This document shows positions 1 to 12,429 of a DNA stretch of 64,000 nucleotides, in pieces. The notes beneath the pieces were generated by a model. That model saw only the letters and a program-made list of their open reading frames with translations, did no database searches and had not been told where the DNA came from. A program made the position numbers and the translations under genes. Position 1 is the stretch's first letter; each line of letters starts with the position of its first letter. The stretch comes from Hypanus sabinus (taxonomy: Eukaryota), in NCBI RefSeq assembly GCF_030144855.1, contig NC_082728.1, positions 33,046,001-33,110,000 of the forward strand, given 5' to 3'.

Positions 1-214
1 AATGCAAAGGTATTCTTTGTTTTTACAGATAAAACTCTCATACAATATTTATTTACCTACTGTAACCTTCTATCCTTTTTTTCATAAATGTCTATTTTTG
101 TAATAATAAACGCAAAACAAAGGTGTTTTGGGGAAGTAAAACTGCATTTTACGTCAGTTAGAATTAACCAGTTTTTGAAATGGAAAAAACCAAGGAAAGT
201 ATACTGTTACTCAC

Positions 215-541
215 CTTTAACCACTAAAACGATGTTAACGTCCTTAAATCCCAGATTTGTTTCCAAATAATAATTATATTTCCCACTATCTGAAAGTTGT
301 GTTTTTTGAAGTACCAACGATACATTTTGTTGATCCGGAGAAAGTAATTTAATTCGATCCTGAGCTTTCCTCGGATTATGACTTCCATCAAACTTAAAAA
401 CTAGAGTATCATCTCCATCATCTTTTCTCAATTCAATGTCCAGGAGTTTACTTGGCTTTGCCGTTGTCAGGTTGCATGGCAATATCGTGTCCTCGTTCAA
501 TATTCCCGTCACCGTCTCCTCGCACTTCAAAGTCACGAACT
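215..541 (-). CDS. IgV-set exon of B7-family-like gene, paralogue 1
   Basis: Acceptor tgttttgcag ends at 542 and donor gtgagt starts at 214. The exon is 327 nt, phase 1-1 and open: (E)FVTLKCEETVTGILNEDTILPCNL...NVSLVLQKTQLSDSGKYNYYLET...VLVVK. It has V-set B-strand (LPC), E-strand (NVSL) and D-x-G-x-Y motifs. Confidence 0.88.
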
Positions 542-625
542 CTGCAAAACAATACATCCCATCATCTTCCATTACTATCGTCAGTGTTGAATGAGCTAGT
601 GACTGAAAAACGATTTACTACTTAC

Positions 626-707
626 CTTTTACAGAGTAAACGTTTGCACACAGCACCAAGTAACAATATATTACTAGGTTTAAATCCATTTCCAGTATTC
701 CCTTCAT
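626..707 (-). CDS. Signal-peptide exon, paralogue 1
   Basis: ATG at 707 (a second in-frame ATG at 689) gives MKGILEMDLNLVIYCYLVLCANVYSVK. Phase-1 donor gtaagt at 625, then an 84-nt intron that splices in frame to the IgV exon. Hydrophobic core is present. Confidence 0.8.
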
Positions 708-899
708 CTGCCTACCGATTTAAACACAATATACAATAAATGTTTAAAGATCAGAAATCGGATGTTTGCCAGGAATTTCATATAATGTAAAGTCCAAGTA
801 GGTTACAAAAAGGTAAATTGCATCAACTACATTCGATTGCTATATATGTTTGATCAATCAGAAAACCTCGTATAAGTAACCCACTGGGTTTCTAGTTTG

Positions 900-1560
900 C
901 TCTACGTTTAGCAGACTCTCCGCGACTGCGGACATTCGCTGCCTGGATCAAAGTGTTAATGCAAACACAGAAAACCAGTAGAGCTAAAGCAACAACCAAG
1001 TGTTGGAATCTACAGCGGGCAACCGGATTTGCCATTTCGATCCACTTGAGAAAGCTGCAAGAGTCTGCAATCACCTGTGGAGGGACCGCGGAGCCGAGTT
1101 TACCAACGCGCCTCACGCTGTCCCCCCGACAGCCTGCGAAATTCGTATCGATTCGGCGGTCTGGGGACTTGTGTTTCCTGGACTTTCAACTTCCTTGCTT
1201 TCTGTTTCAATCTGAATGGCGAGGACGATGGTGGCGATACCGAGTTTCAATTCCAAAAATAACTACTGTACCGAAGATTTATGCCTGACATGCAACTTTT
1301 TAAAGTTGTACGGCTGTTAAACTTGCAGGTAACCCGCGGCCTCTTCACCAGCAGCTCACTCGGAAAAGTGTCTTACGAAATGGAGGTCAATGGTGTGCTG
1401 CGAAAACCGAAACTAATGCGGGAAATACCCGGGAATGTGATTTCAGCAAACCCAACCCTTTCTTGTAAGAAGTATACTGTCCCCAGCCGGACTTGCTCCT
1501 TATTACACCGCTCCGGTGACATTCCAGGGACATTGTCTAAAGTCCATCTTCCAGTTTTTA
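900..1560 (-). promoter_or_regulatory. CpG-rich putative promoter/5-prime region of paralogue 1 with IRF-type motifs
   Basis: Locally CpG-rich, non-repeat sequence just upstream of the signal exon. GAAAnnGAAA at 1199-1208 and GGAAnnGAAA at 1245-1254, both on the minus strand. Confidence 0.4.
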
Positions 1561-1702
1561 TTTTAGTTTTCTTCGTCAACGTCAATTAATATTGTGGACT
1601 GACATCGCAAATATTTGAATTCATAACGATCACAAAATCATCATTTCCACATTCTGAGCGTTGTTTTGGATTGCACCGATGATCTGTGCTGGCAAGGAAA
1701 CT

Positions 1703-4700
1703 TGTTTGAGAGGCCTGAAATAGGAAGATTGTGCAGCTAAATACGTGGCTAAGGAGTTGGTGCAGGAGGGAGGGCTTCATGTTGCTGGACAATTGGGCCT
1801 TATTCCAGGGAAGGTGGGACCTGTTCCGACAGGATGGGTTGCACCTGAACTGGAGGGGGACTAACAGCCTTACGGGAAGGTTTGCTAGTGCTGCTAGGGG
1901 GGTGGGGGGGTTAAACTAGATTTGCAGGGGGAGGGGAGCCAGAGTGTTAGAGCAGATAGTGAGGTGGAGGAGGATAAAGGTCATGCGAGATCTGCAAGTA
2001 TAGTGCATGGAATAAAGCCAGATCTGGCATATAAAGAGGCTTTGAGGAAAGAGAAACAGAATAAAGAGTGTAAAGGTTGTAAGGTAGAAGGGCTACACAC
2101 GCAAAATGCTGGTGGAACGCAGCAGGCCAGGCAGCATCTATAGGCACTGTCAATGTTTCAGGCTGAGACCCTTTGTCAGGACTAAGGTGCATGTACTTCA
2201 ATGCAAGAAGCATTAGGAACAAAGGTGATGAACTGAGAGCTTGGATACATACTTGAATTATGATGTAGTGGCCATTACAGAGACTTAGCTGGCACCAGGG
2301 CAGGAATGGATTCTCAATATTCCTGGATTTCAGTGCTTTTAAAGGGATAGAGGGGGGGAAATGGGAGGAGAGTGGGATTACTGGTCAGGGACACTATTAC
2401 AGCTACAAAAGGGTGAGTCAGTATGGGTGGAAGTCAGGAACAGGAAGGGAGCAGTTACTCTATTGGGAGTACTCTATAAGCCCCCTGGTAGCAGCAGGGA
2501 TACCAAGGAGCAGATTGGGAGGTAGATTTTGGAATGCTGCAAAAATAACAGGGTTGTTATCACGGGTGACTTTAACTTCCCTAATATTGATTGGCACCTG
2601 ATTAGTTCCAATGGTTTAGACGGGGCAGAGTTTGTCAAGTGCATCCAGGATGAATTCCTGTCACAGTATGTTGACAAGCCGACGAGGGGGAATGCCATAC
2701 TAGATCTAGTATTTAGGTAATGAACAAGTCACATATCTCTCAGTGGGTGAGCATTTGGGGGACAGTGACCGCCGCTCCCTGGCCTTGAACATTATCATGG
2801 AAAAGGATAGAATCAGAGAGGACAAGAAAATTTTTAAGTGGGGAAGAGCAAATTATGAGGCTATAAGGCTAGAAATTGTGGGTGTGAATTGGGATGATGT
2901 TTTTGCAGGGTAATGTACTATAGACATGTGGTTGATGTTTAGGGATCTCTTGCAGGATGTTAGGGATAAATTTGTCCCGGTGAGGAAGATTAAGTATGGT
3001 AGGGTGAAGGAACCATGGGTGACCAGTGAGGTGGAGAATCTAGTCAGATAGAAGAAGGCAGCATACATAAGGTTTAGGAAGCAAGGGTCAGATGAGTCTA
3101 TTGAGAAATATAGGGTAGCAAAAAAGGAGCTTAAGAAGGGACTGAGGAGAGCAAGAAGGGGGCATGAGAAAGCCTTGGCGAGTAGGGTAAAGGAAAACCC
3201 TACAAAAGGTTGACAGGAATGAAGATAGGACCTATTAGAGATAATGGTAGGAAGATGTGCCTGGAGGCTGTGGAAGTGAGCGAGGTCCTCAATGAATACA
3301 TCTCTTCAGTATTCACAAATGAGAGGGAACTTGATGACCATGAGGACAATATGAGTGAGGTTGATGTTCTGGAGCATGTTGACATTAAGGGAGAAGATGT
3401 GTTGGAGTTGTTAAAATACATTAGGATGGATAAGTCTACAGGGCCTGACGGAATATTCCCCAGGCTGCTCCATGAGGCAAGGGTAGAGATTGCTGAGCCT
3501 CTGGCTAGGATCTTTATGTCCTCATTGTCCACAGGAATGGTACCGGAGGATTGAACGGAGGTGAATGTTGTCTCCTTGTTCAAAAAGGTAGTAGAGATAG
3601 TCCGGGTAATCGTAGACCAATGAGCCTTACATCTGTGGTGGGAAAGCTGTTGGAAAAGATTCTTAGAGATAGAATCTGTGGGCATTTAGAAAACCATGAT
3701 CTGATCAGAGACAGTCAGTATGGCTTTGTGAAGGGAAGATCATGTCTAACAAGCCTGATCAAGTTCTTTGAGGAGGTGACCAGGCATATAGATGAGGGTA
3801 GTGCAGTGGATGTGATTTACATGGATTTTCATAAGGCATTTGACAAGGTACTACATGGTAGGCTTATTCAGAAAGTCAGAAGGCATGGGATCCAGGGAAT
3901 TTTGGCCAGGTGGGTTCAGAATTGGCCTGCCTGCAGAAAGCAGAGGGTTCTGATGGAGGGAGTACATTTGGATTGGAGGGTTATGACAAGTGGTATCCCA
4001 CAAGGATCGGTTCTGGACTTCTACTTTACGTGATTTTTATTAACGACCTGGATGTGGGAGTAGAAGGGTGGGTTGGCAAGTTTGCAGATGACACAAGAGT
4101 TGGTGGTGTTGTGGATAATGTTGAGGATTGTCGAAGATTGCAGAGAGACATTGATAGGATGCAGAAGTGGGCTGAGAAGTGGCAGATGGAGTTCAACCCA
4201 GAGAAGTGTGAAGTGGAACACTTTGGAAGAACAAACTCCAAGGCAGAGTACAAAGTAAATGGCAGGATACTTGGGAGTGTGGAGGAGCAGAGGGATCTGG
4301 GGTTACAAGTCCACAGATCCCTGAAGGTTGCCTCACAGGTAGATAGGGTAGTTAAGACAGCTTATGGAGTGTTAGCTTTCATAAGTTGAGGCATAGAGTT
4401 TAAGAGTCTCGGGGTAATGATGCAGCTCTATGAAACTCTGATTAGGTCATACTTGGAATACTGTGTCCAGTTCTGGACACCTCACTATAAGAAGGATGTG
4501 GAAGAATTGGAAAGGGTACAGAGAAGGCTTACCAGGATTCTACCTGGTTTAGAGAGTATGCAATATGATCAGAGATTTAAGAGACTTCTAGACAGGTATA
4601 TGGTGGAATTTAAGGTGGGGGGGTTATATGGGAGGCGGGCAAAGGGTCAGCAAAACATTGTGGGCTGAATGGCCTGTACTGTGCTGTATTGTTCCTTGTT

Positions 4701-4715
4701 CTTTGTTGTTCTTTG
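1703..4715 (+). mobile_element. CR1 LINE, 5-prime truncated and degenerate
   Basis: ORF1 esterase tail (QLNTWLRSWCRREGF...GLHLN), APE endonuclease (GDFNFPNIDW), RT (YMDFHKAFDKV, KFADDT) and a typical CR1 3-prime end, with many stops and frameshifts. Confidence 0.92.
2095..2184 (-). repeat. Penelope-like terminal fragment inserted in CR1
   Basis: Reverse complement closely matches the 3-prime end of the Penelope element at 8760-8858, and it interrupts otherwise continuous CR1 sequence. Confidence 0.75.
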
Positions 4716-4944
4716 GTTAAGTGAGCCACACACAAACAAACAAAGCTGTAGACTGAACAGGCCTTATATTCGCTTCCAGCAAACTTTAAGGGAGGGGGCT
4801 GGTGGGAGAATCTCTCAAAACTCAAAAGAATAAGATTTTAATTTTGAGTTAGTACAATGAAAGCAGTTGATCAATATCAACAATCAATATACAAGACTAA
4901 CTCCCCATTGCTTCTTTATAAGGTATCTCCGGTACCTGATGAAG

Positions 4945-5345
4945 TGACCACTGAGTGTATTTTTGTGGTCTTTTGCTGCTCCAGCCCATCAGCTTCAAGG
5001 TTTGATGTGTTGTGGGATCAGTAGTTCTGTAAACCACTGTTGGAACACATTGTTTATTTGAGTTACTGTCACCTTCCTGTCAGCTTGAACCAGTCTGGCC
5101 ATTCTCCTCTGACCTCTCTCATTAACAAAGCATTTTCACCCACTAAACTGCTGCTCACTGGATTTTTTATAAAGTTTTCTATTTTCTATAATGTTTTGAT
5201 GTGCATGCAAAGCCCAGGGGATCAGCGGTTTCTGAGATACCCAAAGCCACTCTGTCTAGCACCAACAATCATTCCACGCTCAAAGGCACCTAGATCACAT
5301 CTCTTCTCCATTTTAACGTTCGGTCTGAACAGGACTTTGCATTGC
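4945..5345 (-). mobile_element. Tc1/mariner-derived fragment
   Basis: Same family as the pieces at about 13930-14100 and 16390-16560 in the opposite orientation (gaaccagtctgg / ccagactggttc cores). Recognised from memory as a Tc1-type transposase remnant. Confidence 0.6.
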
Positions 5346-5869
5346 AGTTGCACAATTGACTGTGAAAATATTTACATTAATGAGCGGGTGTACTTAATAA
5401 AGGGGTCATTAAGTGTATGTCACTATATTGGGTGTGAACAGATAGTTCGGTATAGTTATATGTTTACACATCAAAATTGATATCTAGCCTTGAAAACTCA
5501 AACACCTTCATCAAGACAAAGTCAACTGCACCATGTGTGTACCCCTGCATTCTCACTTGCTGCTCTTCAGCAATGTATGGGATGGATGATGGGGACAGGT
5601 CAAGAGAAGTTCTGACCCTTCCTAAATGCTGACATGAACTGCATTTTTTTCTTCATTCATTTATTCATTCAGTGTTCAGGGTACTCCTCTGTTTTTGGGG
5701 TTGTTTGCAAACAAAAAATTTCAGGATGTATACTGTATACATTTCTCTGACATTATATGTACCTATTGAAACCTAATGAATGAATGTTTCTGTGCCCAGA
5801 CTTTAAGAGCATAGAAGCCTATCCCTCCCTAAATCCATCAATATAATATTGGGCACTCCCATGGTTAAC

Positions 5870-6250
5870 ATAGAAAAACATAGAAACATAGAAAACCAGC
5901 ACAATACAGGCTCTTCAGCCCACAAGGCTGTGCTGAACATGTACTTACTTTAGAAACTACCTACAGGTACCCATAGCCCTCTATTTTTCTAAGCTTCATG
6001 TACCTATCCAGGAGTCTCTTAAAAGACCCTATCGTATCCAACTCCACAACCGTTGCCGGCTGCCCATTCCACGCACTCACCACTCTCTGCGTAAAAAACT
6101 TACCAGACATCTCCTCTGCACCAACTGCCAAGCACCTTAAAATTGTGCCCTCTCATGCTAGTCATTTCAGCCTTGGGTAAAAGCCTCTGACTATCCACAT
6201 GATCAATGCCTCTCATCATCTCTATCAAGTCACTTCTCATACTCTCTCGC
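5870..6250 (-). mobile_element. CR1 LINE 3-prime fragment
   Basis: Reverse complement of a CR1 3-prime end with an (atagaaac)n tail; similar to 23017-23400. Confidence 0.8.
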
Positions 6251-6802
6251 TCCAAGGAGTAAAGCAAAACAGTGGCTTGCCCTAATCAATGATTAATTAA
6301 TTTTCTGACTGAAAAACCTGCCATTACAGTAAAATCATTCTGAATACTGTCTGGAATTTGGAGTTTTTTTTATTTTAAAAGTTAATTATTAAAGGCTTAT
6401 TACATTTCCACAAAGTTAAGTTAACAGAAAGGATTTATTTTAATAATTGACTTCAGCTGTTCTGTGCCTTGATCGTAATCTTCAGAAAGTCAGGTTTCAT
6501 CCTGTATGCTTCTCGGAAAATTCTCTTAAATTTTTCTGTTGATATCTTTCAGTTCAGATTTCAGTTCATTATTTGGATGCACAAAGAAAAGCATGAATAG
6601 CTGATTAAACAGTGAGTTATCAACACAGGAATCCGGTGAAAATATATTGACAATAGTGATTTTGCAAATTCACATGAATAATTATGTTGATTGACAAGAG
6701 CAGATTGATGACAGAATCTGGCTCTTTTTTTGAGAATTAACTTGATACAGATATTCTATTTTCTTCATCATCTGTTGATGAATTAAAGAGTATTCACTGT
6801 AA

Positions 6803-7185
6803 GGGGAAGTTGGACAAACTTGGATTGTTTTTGCCTAAGCACAAGAGGCTGAGGGCTGACCAGATAGAAGCATCGTACATTATGAGAGGCACAGACGTAG
6901 TTGACAGAATCTTGTTCCAGGTGGAAATATTAAATACGAAACAGCACAGCTTTAAGGTGAGACGGAAAAATTTAAAGGAGATTTACAAGGCATTTCTTAT
7001 ACAGAGTGTGTGGCAGGAACTTGGAACAAACAGAATGGTAATGTTCAAGAGGCGTTTATACAGTCACATAAACAGACAGGAACTGGAGGGGTATAGACCA
7101 GGTACAGGCAGATGGAAATATTTCATTTTCATTATGGCCATTGTAGGTCAAAGTGCCTGATCCCACACTATACTATTCTGTACTC
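6803..7185 (+). mobile_element. CR1 LINE 3-prime remnant
   Basis: LDKLGLF...RLRADQIEASYIMRG, the degenerate CR1 ORF2 C-terminus and 3-prime UTR. Confidence 0.7.
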
Positions 7186-7539
7186 TATTTACAGGTAAAA
7201 TAACCCTTCCTTTTAGGAATTGTAAAGATATTCTTGAAAGTTACATACCTACAAAATTTAGGTTGTTTCCTGATGCATGCTTTTGAGAAAATGACAACAT
7301 TAATATTTCAGGTAAAATTAGCATTATATTCAATCTGAAAAGATGTTTCTTGAAACAACATTATGTGATTTAATACTTAACCATGAACCATATCACACTT
7401 TGTTTGCTGCTGAACCTCTCTGCCATTTTTAACCTCAAAATGTGCTCAGTGGGCAAATTCAAAGCTAATGCACTTTGATGTGAATCAATGTGAAGGTATC
7501 TGTTTTGTTTCTGAAAACTGAAAGGCAGATTATTGCTCA

Positions 7540-8858
7540 TCTACTGATGTCTATTTCTGACACCTCCCTCCCCTTTCTTGATCTTTCTGTCTCTATCTCT
7601 GGAGACAGCTTATCTACTGATGTCTACTATAAGCTTACAGACTCTCACAAGTACCTGGACTATTCCTCTTTCCACCCTGTCACTTGCAAAAATGCCATCC
7701 CCTTCTCGTAATTCCTCTGTCTCCACCACACCTGCTCTCAGTATGAGGCTTTTCATTCCAGGACGAACCAGATGTTTTCCTTTTTTAAATAAATGGGATT
7801 CCCTTCCTCCACCATCAACTCTGCTCTCAAATGCATCTCTCCCATTTCACACACATCTGCTCTCACCCATCCTCCCACCACCCCACTAGGGATAGGGTTC
7901 CCCTTGTCCTCACCTACCACCCCAACAGCCTCCAGGTCCAACATATAATTCTCTGTAACTTCCACCATCTCCAACGAGATCCTACCACCAAGCACATCTT
8001 TCCTTCCCCCCTCTTTCTGCTTTCCACAGGGATCGCTCCCTACGTGACTCCCTTGTCCATTCGTCCCCATCCCTTCCCACTGATCTCCTTCCTGGCACTT
8101 ACCCTTGTAAGCAGAACAAGTGCTACACCTGTCCTTACACTTCCTCCCTCACCACCATACAGGGCCCCAGATAGTCCTTCCAGGTGAGATGACACTTCAC
8201 CTGTGAGTTGGCTGGTGTGTTATACTGCATCCAGTGCTCCCAGTGCGACCTTCTATATATCGGTGAGACCCGATGCAGAGAACACCTTTGCTCTGTCCAC
8301 CAGAGAAAGCACACATTTTAATTTCACGTCCCATTCCCATTCTGGTATATCTATCCATTGCCTCCTCTACTGTCAGGATGAAGCCACACTCAGGTTGGAG
8401 GAACAACACCTTATATTCTGTCTGGGTAGCCTTCAACCTAATGGTATGAACATTGATTTCTCTAACTTCCTCCTCCTCTTCTTACCCCATCCCTTATTTA
8501 TATATTTATTTTCCCCCCTTTCTTTTCTCTCTTTCCCTCTCACAATCACCCCTTGCCTGCTCTCCATCTCCCTCTGGTGCCCCCCTCCCCCTTTCTTTCT
8601 CCCTAGACCTCCCGTCCCATGATCCTCACCCTTCTCCAGCTGTGTATCCCTTTATTCAATCAACTTTCCAGCTCTTAGCTTTAGTTTTCCCCATCCTGCC
8701 TTCTCCTATCATTTCGGATCTCCCCCTCCCCCTTTCATATCTCTTACTATCTCTTCTTTCAGTTAGTCCTGATGAAGGGTCTTGGCACGAAATGTCGACT
8801 GTACTTCTTCCTATAGACGCTGCCTGGCCTGCTGCGCTCCACCAGCATTTAGTGTGTG
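7540..8858 (+). mobile_element. Penelope-like element (RT thumb, GIY-YIG endonuclease, terminal repeat)
   Basis: RVPLVLTYHP motif, CYTCPYTSS zinc motif and VLYCIQCSQCDLLYIGETR (GIY-YIG) across frameshifts, followed by a pyrimidine tract and terminal repeat. Confidence 0.88.
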
Positions 8859-8859
8859 A

Positions 8860-9560
8860 GGCAGATTATTATCTAAGCAATGATAAATTGGAAAAAGGAA
8901 ATGTGTTTCAATGGGTGCCTTTTGTACGTTGATAGTTGAAGCAAGCAAGTATTCAAATTAGATGATTGTCATTGCAAAAGCAATGTTGTCATCTTGGTGA
9001 AAGCCCAACTGGAGTTTTGGTCTCCTTATGTGAGAAAGAACCTGCTTGTCATGGGTGGAGTGAATAAGTGTTTAATAGAGAGATTCCTGAGATTAAATGA
9101 CTATTGTATGCAGGGAGATTGGGTCAGTTAGGTAAATATCAAATTTAATTCAGAAGAATGAAGTTGGATTTCCTAAAAGCCACACACACAAAAAAACTAA
9201 CAGGATTAAATAGAGGCTGAGGAGTGCAGAAGAAGGGGTCATGGCTCAAGATATGGTGTACACAATACCGAGATTGGGAAAATTATACACACAGGAGGGA
9301 GTAGAGGCCAAACCATTAAATATATTCAAGAGGGCAGGTAGATGTATAGAGCAGGGGTTCCCAACTCTTTTTATGCCAGGGAGATCTACCATTAACCAAG
9401 GAGTCTGTGGCTCCAGGTTGTGAACCCCTGGTTTAAAAGGATCAAGAGAAAAGGGAAGTCAGGATACTGAAGTGAATGATCATCCATGATCATGTTAAAT
9501 GGTGACACAAGCCCAAATGGCTGGATGGCATATTTGTACCCTATGTTCTATGTTTCAAAG
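8860..9560 (+). mobile_element. Old CR1 3-prime remnant
   Basis: Degenerate CR1 ORF2 C-terminus and 3-prime UTR-like sequence (EAKPLNIFK). Confidence 0.5.
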
Positions 9561-9884
9561 TTTTTATGTTAAGTGTGCCAAATCCCATTCAGTCATTACT
9601 CCTTGCTGATCTAAATAGTTCATTTTTAAGCAATGCCTTGCATTTGTTATCCATGCACTTAGGTAGTTTCCTGAACTTGTATTTCTCTCTTTTTAAGACC
9701 CTGCAACTTGCTGGAATCCTTTTGCTTCCTCCACCCTTGTCTTTTGGTACACATTTATTACAGATTTTATTCTTACCAGCTTCTTAACCCTCTCTCTTTC
9801 TTTCCTTCCAATACCTCTCAATATCCACCACTTTGGACCAGTTATTTCTTCGCATGGGATATTGTCTCCATCTTTAGATCAGTG

Positions 9885-9943
9885 TCAGATTTCATTATAA
9901 TTCTGTCCATGTTGAGATATTTTGCTGTTAAATTGCTTATATT
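9885..9943 (-). CDS. Candidate terminal (cytoplasmic tail) exon of paralogue 2
   Basis: Acceptor cacttattcactacag ends at 9944. Phase 1 continues the TM exon: (E)YKQFNSKISQHGQNYNEI-stop. Two AATAAA hexamers lie downstream at 9766-9771 and 9754-9759 (minus). No transcript support. Confidence 0.45.
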
Positions 9944-10214
9944 CTGTAGTGAATAAGTGATGGTATTGAGAGAGAACAGGACTGGGGTCAACAATGGCCA
10001 TTTTTACATTATGTTGCTTATGATTGATGCTCTTTAGACTCTTATGAAAAATGGTCACTCAGTTAAGTGTGGTGGGTGCTGCAGTCTAACCCTGGCTAAA
10101 GTTGGAATGGAGAAAGACAGATTGGTAAAAGTGTGAATGGGTCTTTATTGAATGGAATGGAGAACAGAACCTTCAATAACTGCTATGTAACACCAGTTTT
10201 AGTGCCTTTGAAGT

Positions 10215-11900
10215 AGCATAGTCTGACTTGGGACAATCAGTGTAGCTTTGTGAAGAGGAGGTCATGCCTCATGAACCTGAGTGACATTTTTGAGGAAGTG
10301 ACAAAACAAATTGATGAAGTTGGAGTGATGGATTTGGTGTTTATAGATTTAGTACGGCACCAAAAAAGGTTCCCCATGGTAGGCTCTTTCAGAAATGCAA
10401 GGAGAGAAGTGATCTAGGAAAACTTGCCTGTATGGATTCTGAATTGGCTTCCCTATAAAAGTCAGATGGTGGTTGTAGATGGAATGTCTTCTCCCTGAAG
10501 ATTGGTAACAAGTGGAATTCCGGGGACCTGTTATGGGACCCCTACTCTTTGTGATTTTCATCGATGACTTGGATAAGAAAATAGGTTGGGTTAGTAAATT
10601 TTCAAATTACATGATTGGTGGTGTTGTGGATAGGGTAGAAGGTTCTCGTAGATTACAATAGGACATTGACAGAATATTGGGCTTGACTGATGGACTGAGA
10701 AGTGGCAAATGGAAGTCAATTAGAAATGTGTCAAGTGATTCTCTTGGGAAGGTCAAACTTGAAGGCAAGGTACAATGCTAATGGCAGGACTTTTAACAGT
10801 ATTGATGAATAGAGGGATCTAGGGCTGCACATGCATAGACCCTTTAGAGTTATCATGCAAGTTGATAGGGTGGTCAAGGTGTATGTTGTGTTGGCCTTCA
10901 TTATTTGGAAGATTGATTTCATGAACCACAGGATAATGTTTCAGTTCCATAAAACACTGGTTAGACCGCACTTGGAGTATTGTGTTCAGTCTGGTTGTCT
11001 TGTCCCAGGAAGGAAATGGAAGCTTTAGAGAGGGTGCAGAGGAGAATTACCAGGATGCTGACTACACTAGAGTGCAGGTCTTATAAGGAAAAGTTGAGCA
11101 AGCTAGGACTTTTCACTTTGGAGCAAAGAAGAATGAGAGGTGACTTTATTCATGAGAATGAGTGTCAGCAAATCTAAATTCCTCAGTGTTATCATTTCAG
11201 AGGACCTGTCCTTCACCCAGCATGTAAATACAATTACAAAGAAAGCAGAGCAGTACCTCTATTTCCTTACAACTTCCCTGAACTGTTCCATAACCTATGG
11301 AGCCACTTTCAAGGACTCTTTATCTCTTGTTCTCGACTTTATGTAATTATTTATTTCATTTCTGTTTGCACAGTTTTTGTCTTTTACACGTTGGTTGTTT
11401 GTCCATGTTGTTATATGTGTTGTTTCATTGATTCTGTTTTGTTTCTTGGATTTACTGTGTATGCCCGGAAGAAAAGGATCTCAAGGTTGTACATAAGATA
11501 TATGTGTACTTCGATAATAAATTTACTTTGAACTTGGTAGAAGTATATAAGAGGTGTAGATCGAGTAGACAGCCAGCACCTTTTTCCCAGGGCAGCAATG
11601 GTTAATTTGAGACAAATACTTTTTAAGTGATTGTAGGAATTTGTAGGGGGTTTGTCTGTTGGTGGTAGGTTTTTACTTGCATACAAAGTGGTAAATATAT
11701 GGAACAAACACTCTGCCAGGGATGGTGGTAGAGGCAGATACATTATTGAAATTAGAGACTCTTAGATGTCCATTGCATGAAAGAAAAATAGAGAGCTATG
11801 TGGGAGGGAAGAGTTAGATTGATCTTGGGGTAGGCTGAAAAGTGAACACAACATCATGGGCCAAATGCCCAGACTGTGCTGTAGTGTTCGATGTTCTATG
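10215..11900 (+). mobile_element. CR1 LINE remnant with nested Rex1-like fragment (about 11150-11535)
   Basis: CR1 RT motifs (TLVRPHLEYCVQ, LERVQRRITRML) are interrupted by KFLSVIISEDLSF...KKAEQYLYFL (Rex1/Babar-like); the CR1 3-prime end follows. Confidence 0.75.
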
Positions 11901-11935
11901 TTCTTCCCTTTCACTGACCAGAATTAATAATCTAC

Positions 11936-12076
11936 CTTTAGAAAATTTCTTCCTGCAGTAAAAAGCTGCTGTGCACAGCAGTACGAAGATCACAAAGGAG
12001 AGAATAACACCAACTCGTGTTCTAAAATCATCCAATGGTTGCTGAGAAATTTCTTCAAATTTGTAACAATCCAATT
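11936..12076 (-). CDS. Stalk plus transmembrane exon of paralogue 2
   Basis: Acceptor ttttccattgcag ends at 12077 and donor gtagat starts at 11935. The exon is 141 nt, phase 1-1: (E)LDCYKFEEISQQPLDDFRTRVGVILSFVIFVLLCTAAFYCRKKFSK, a hydrophobic helix of about 20 aa followed by the basic stop-transfer RKK. Confidence 0.85.
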
Positions 12077-12429
12077 CTGCAATGGAAAATAAATAATTAA
12101 CTTTTCTCAAAACGTAGAATTTACATTCTGTAGCACAAAAATGTAAACTTAATATTTAATTTTGTAATTGAATATGTACAATATCAATTCATGAGATAAC
12201 TGCACTGAGACAAGTAAACTGTCTGTTAGTCTTAGGATACATAGGTTACACTGAATTGGGACTTTTAGACAAGCCAAATATGCTCATGCTCAGCTGCAAC
12301 TTGTGCACATTATTGCAAATGATTCTTTGAGGCACAGGAAACATGAACCATATTAATGGGAATTCAACTTGATGGGAATTTCAGCTTTGGAGGGTTTCAA
12401 GGTAATTATAAATTTAAAAAGAACTAAAT

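Noticed and set aside
1421-1431. NF-kB site GGGAAATACCC
   Set aside because: It deviates from GGGRNNYYCC at a core position and is a single weak match.
5040-5480. 146-aa ORF
   Set aside because: It mostly reads the opposite strand of a Tc1 remnant, and the start is a non-ATG codon.
6400-7350. Alternative cytoplasmic or terminal exons for paralogue 2 (acceptors near 6797 and 7337)
   Set aside because: The phase-1 readings stop almost immediately, and one acceptor overlaps a CR1 boundary; the support is weaker than for 9885-9943.
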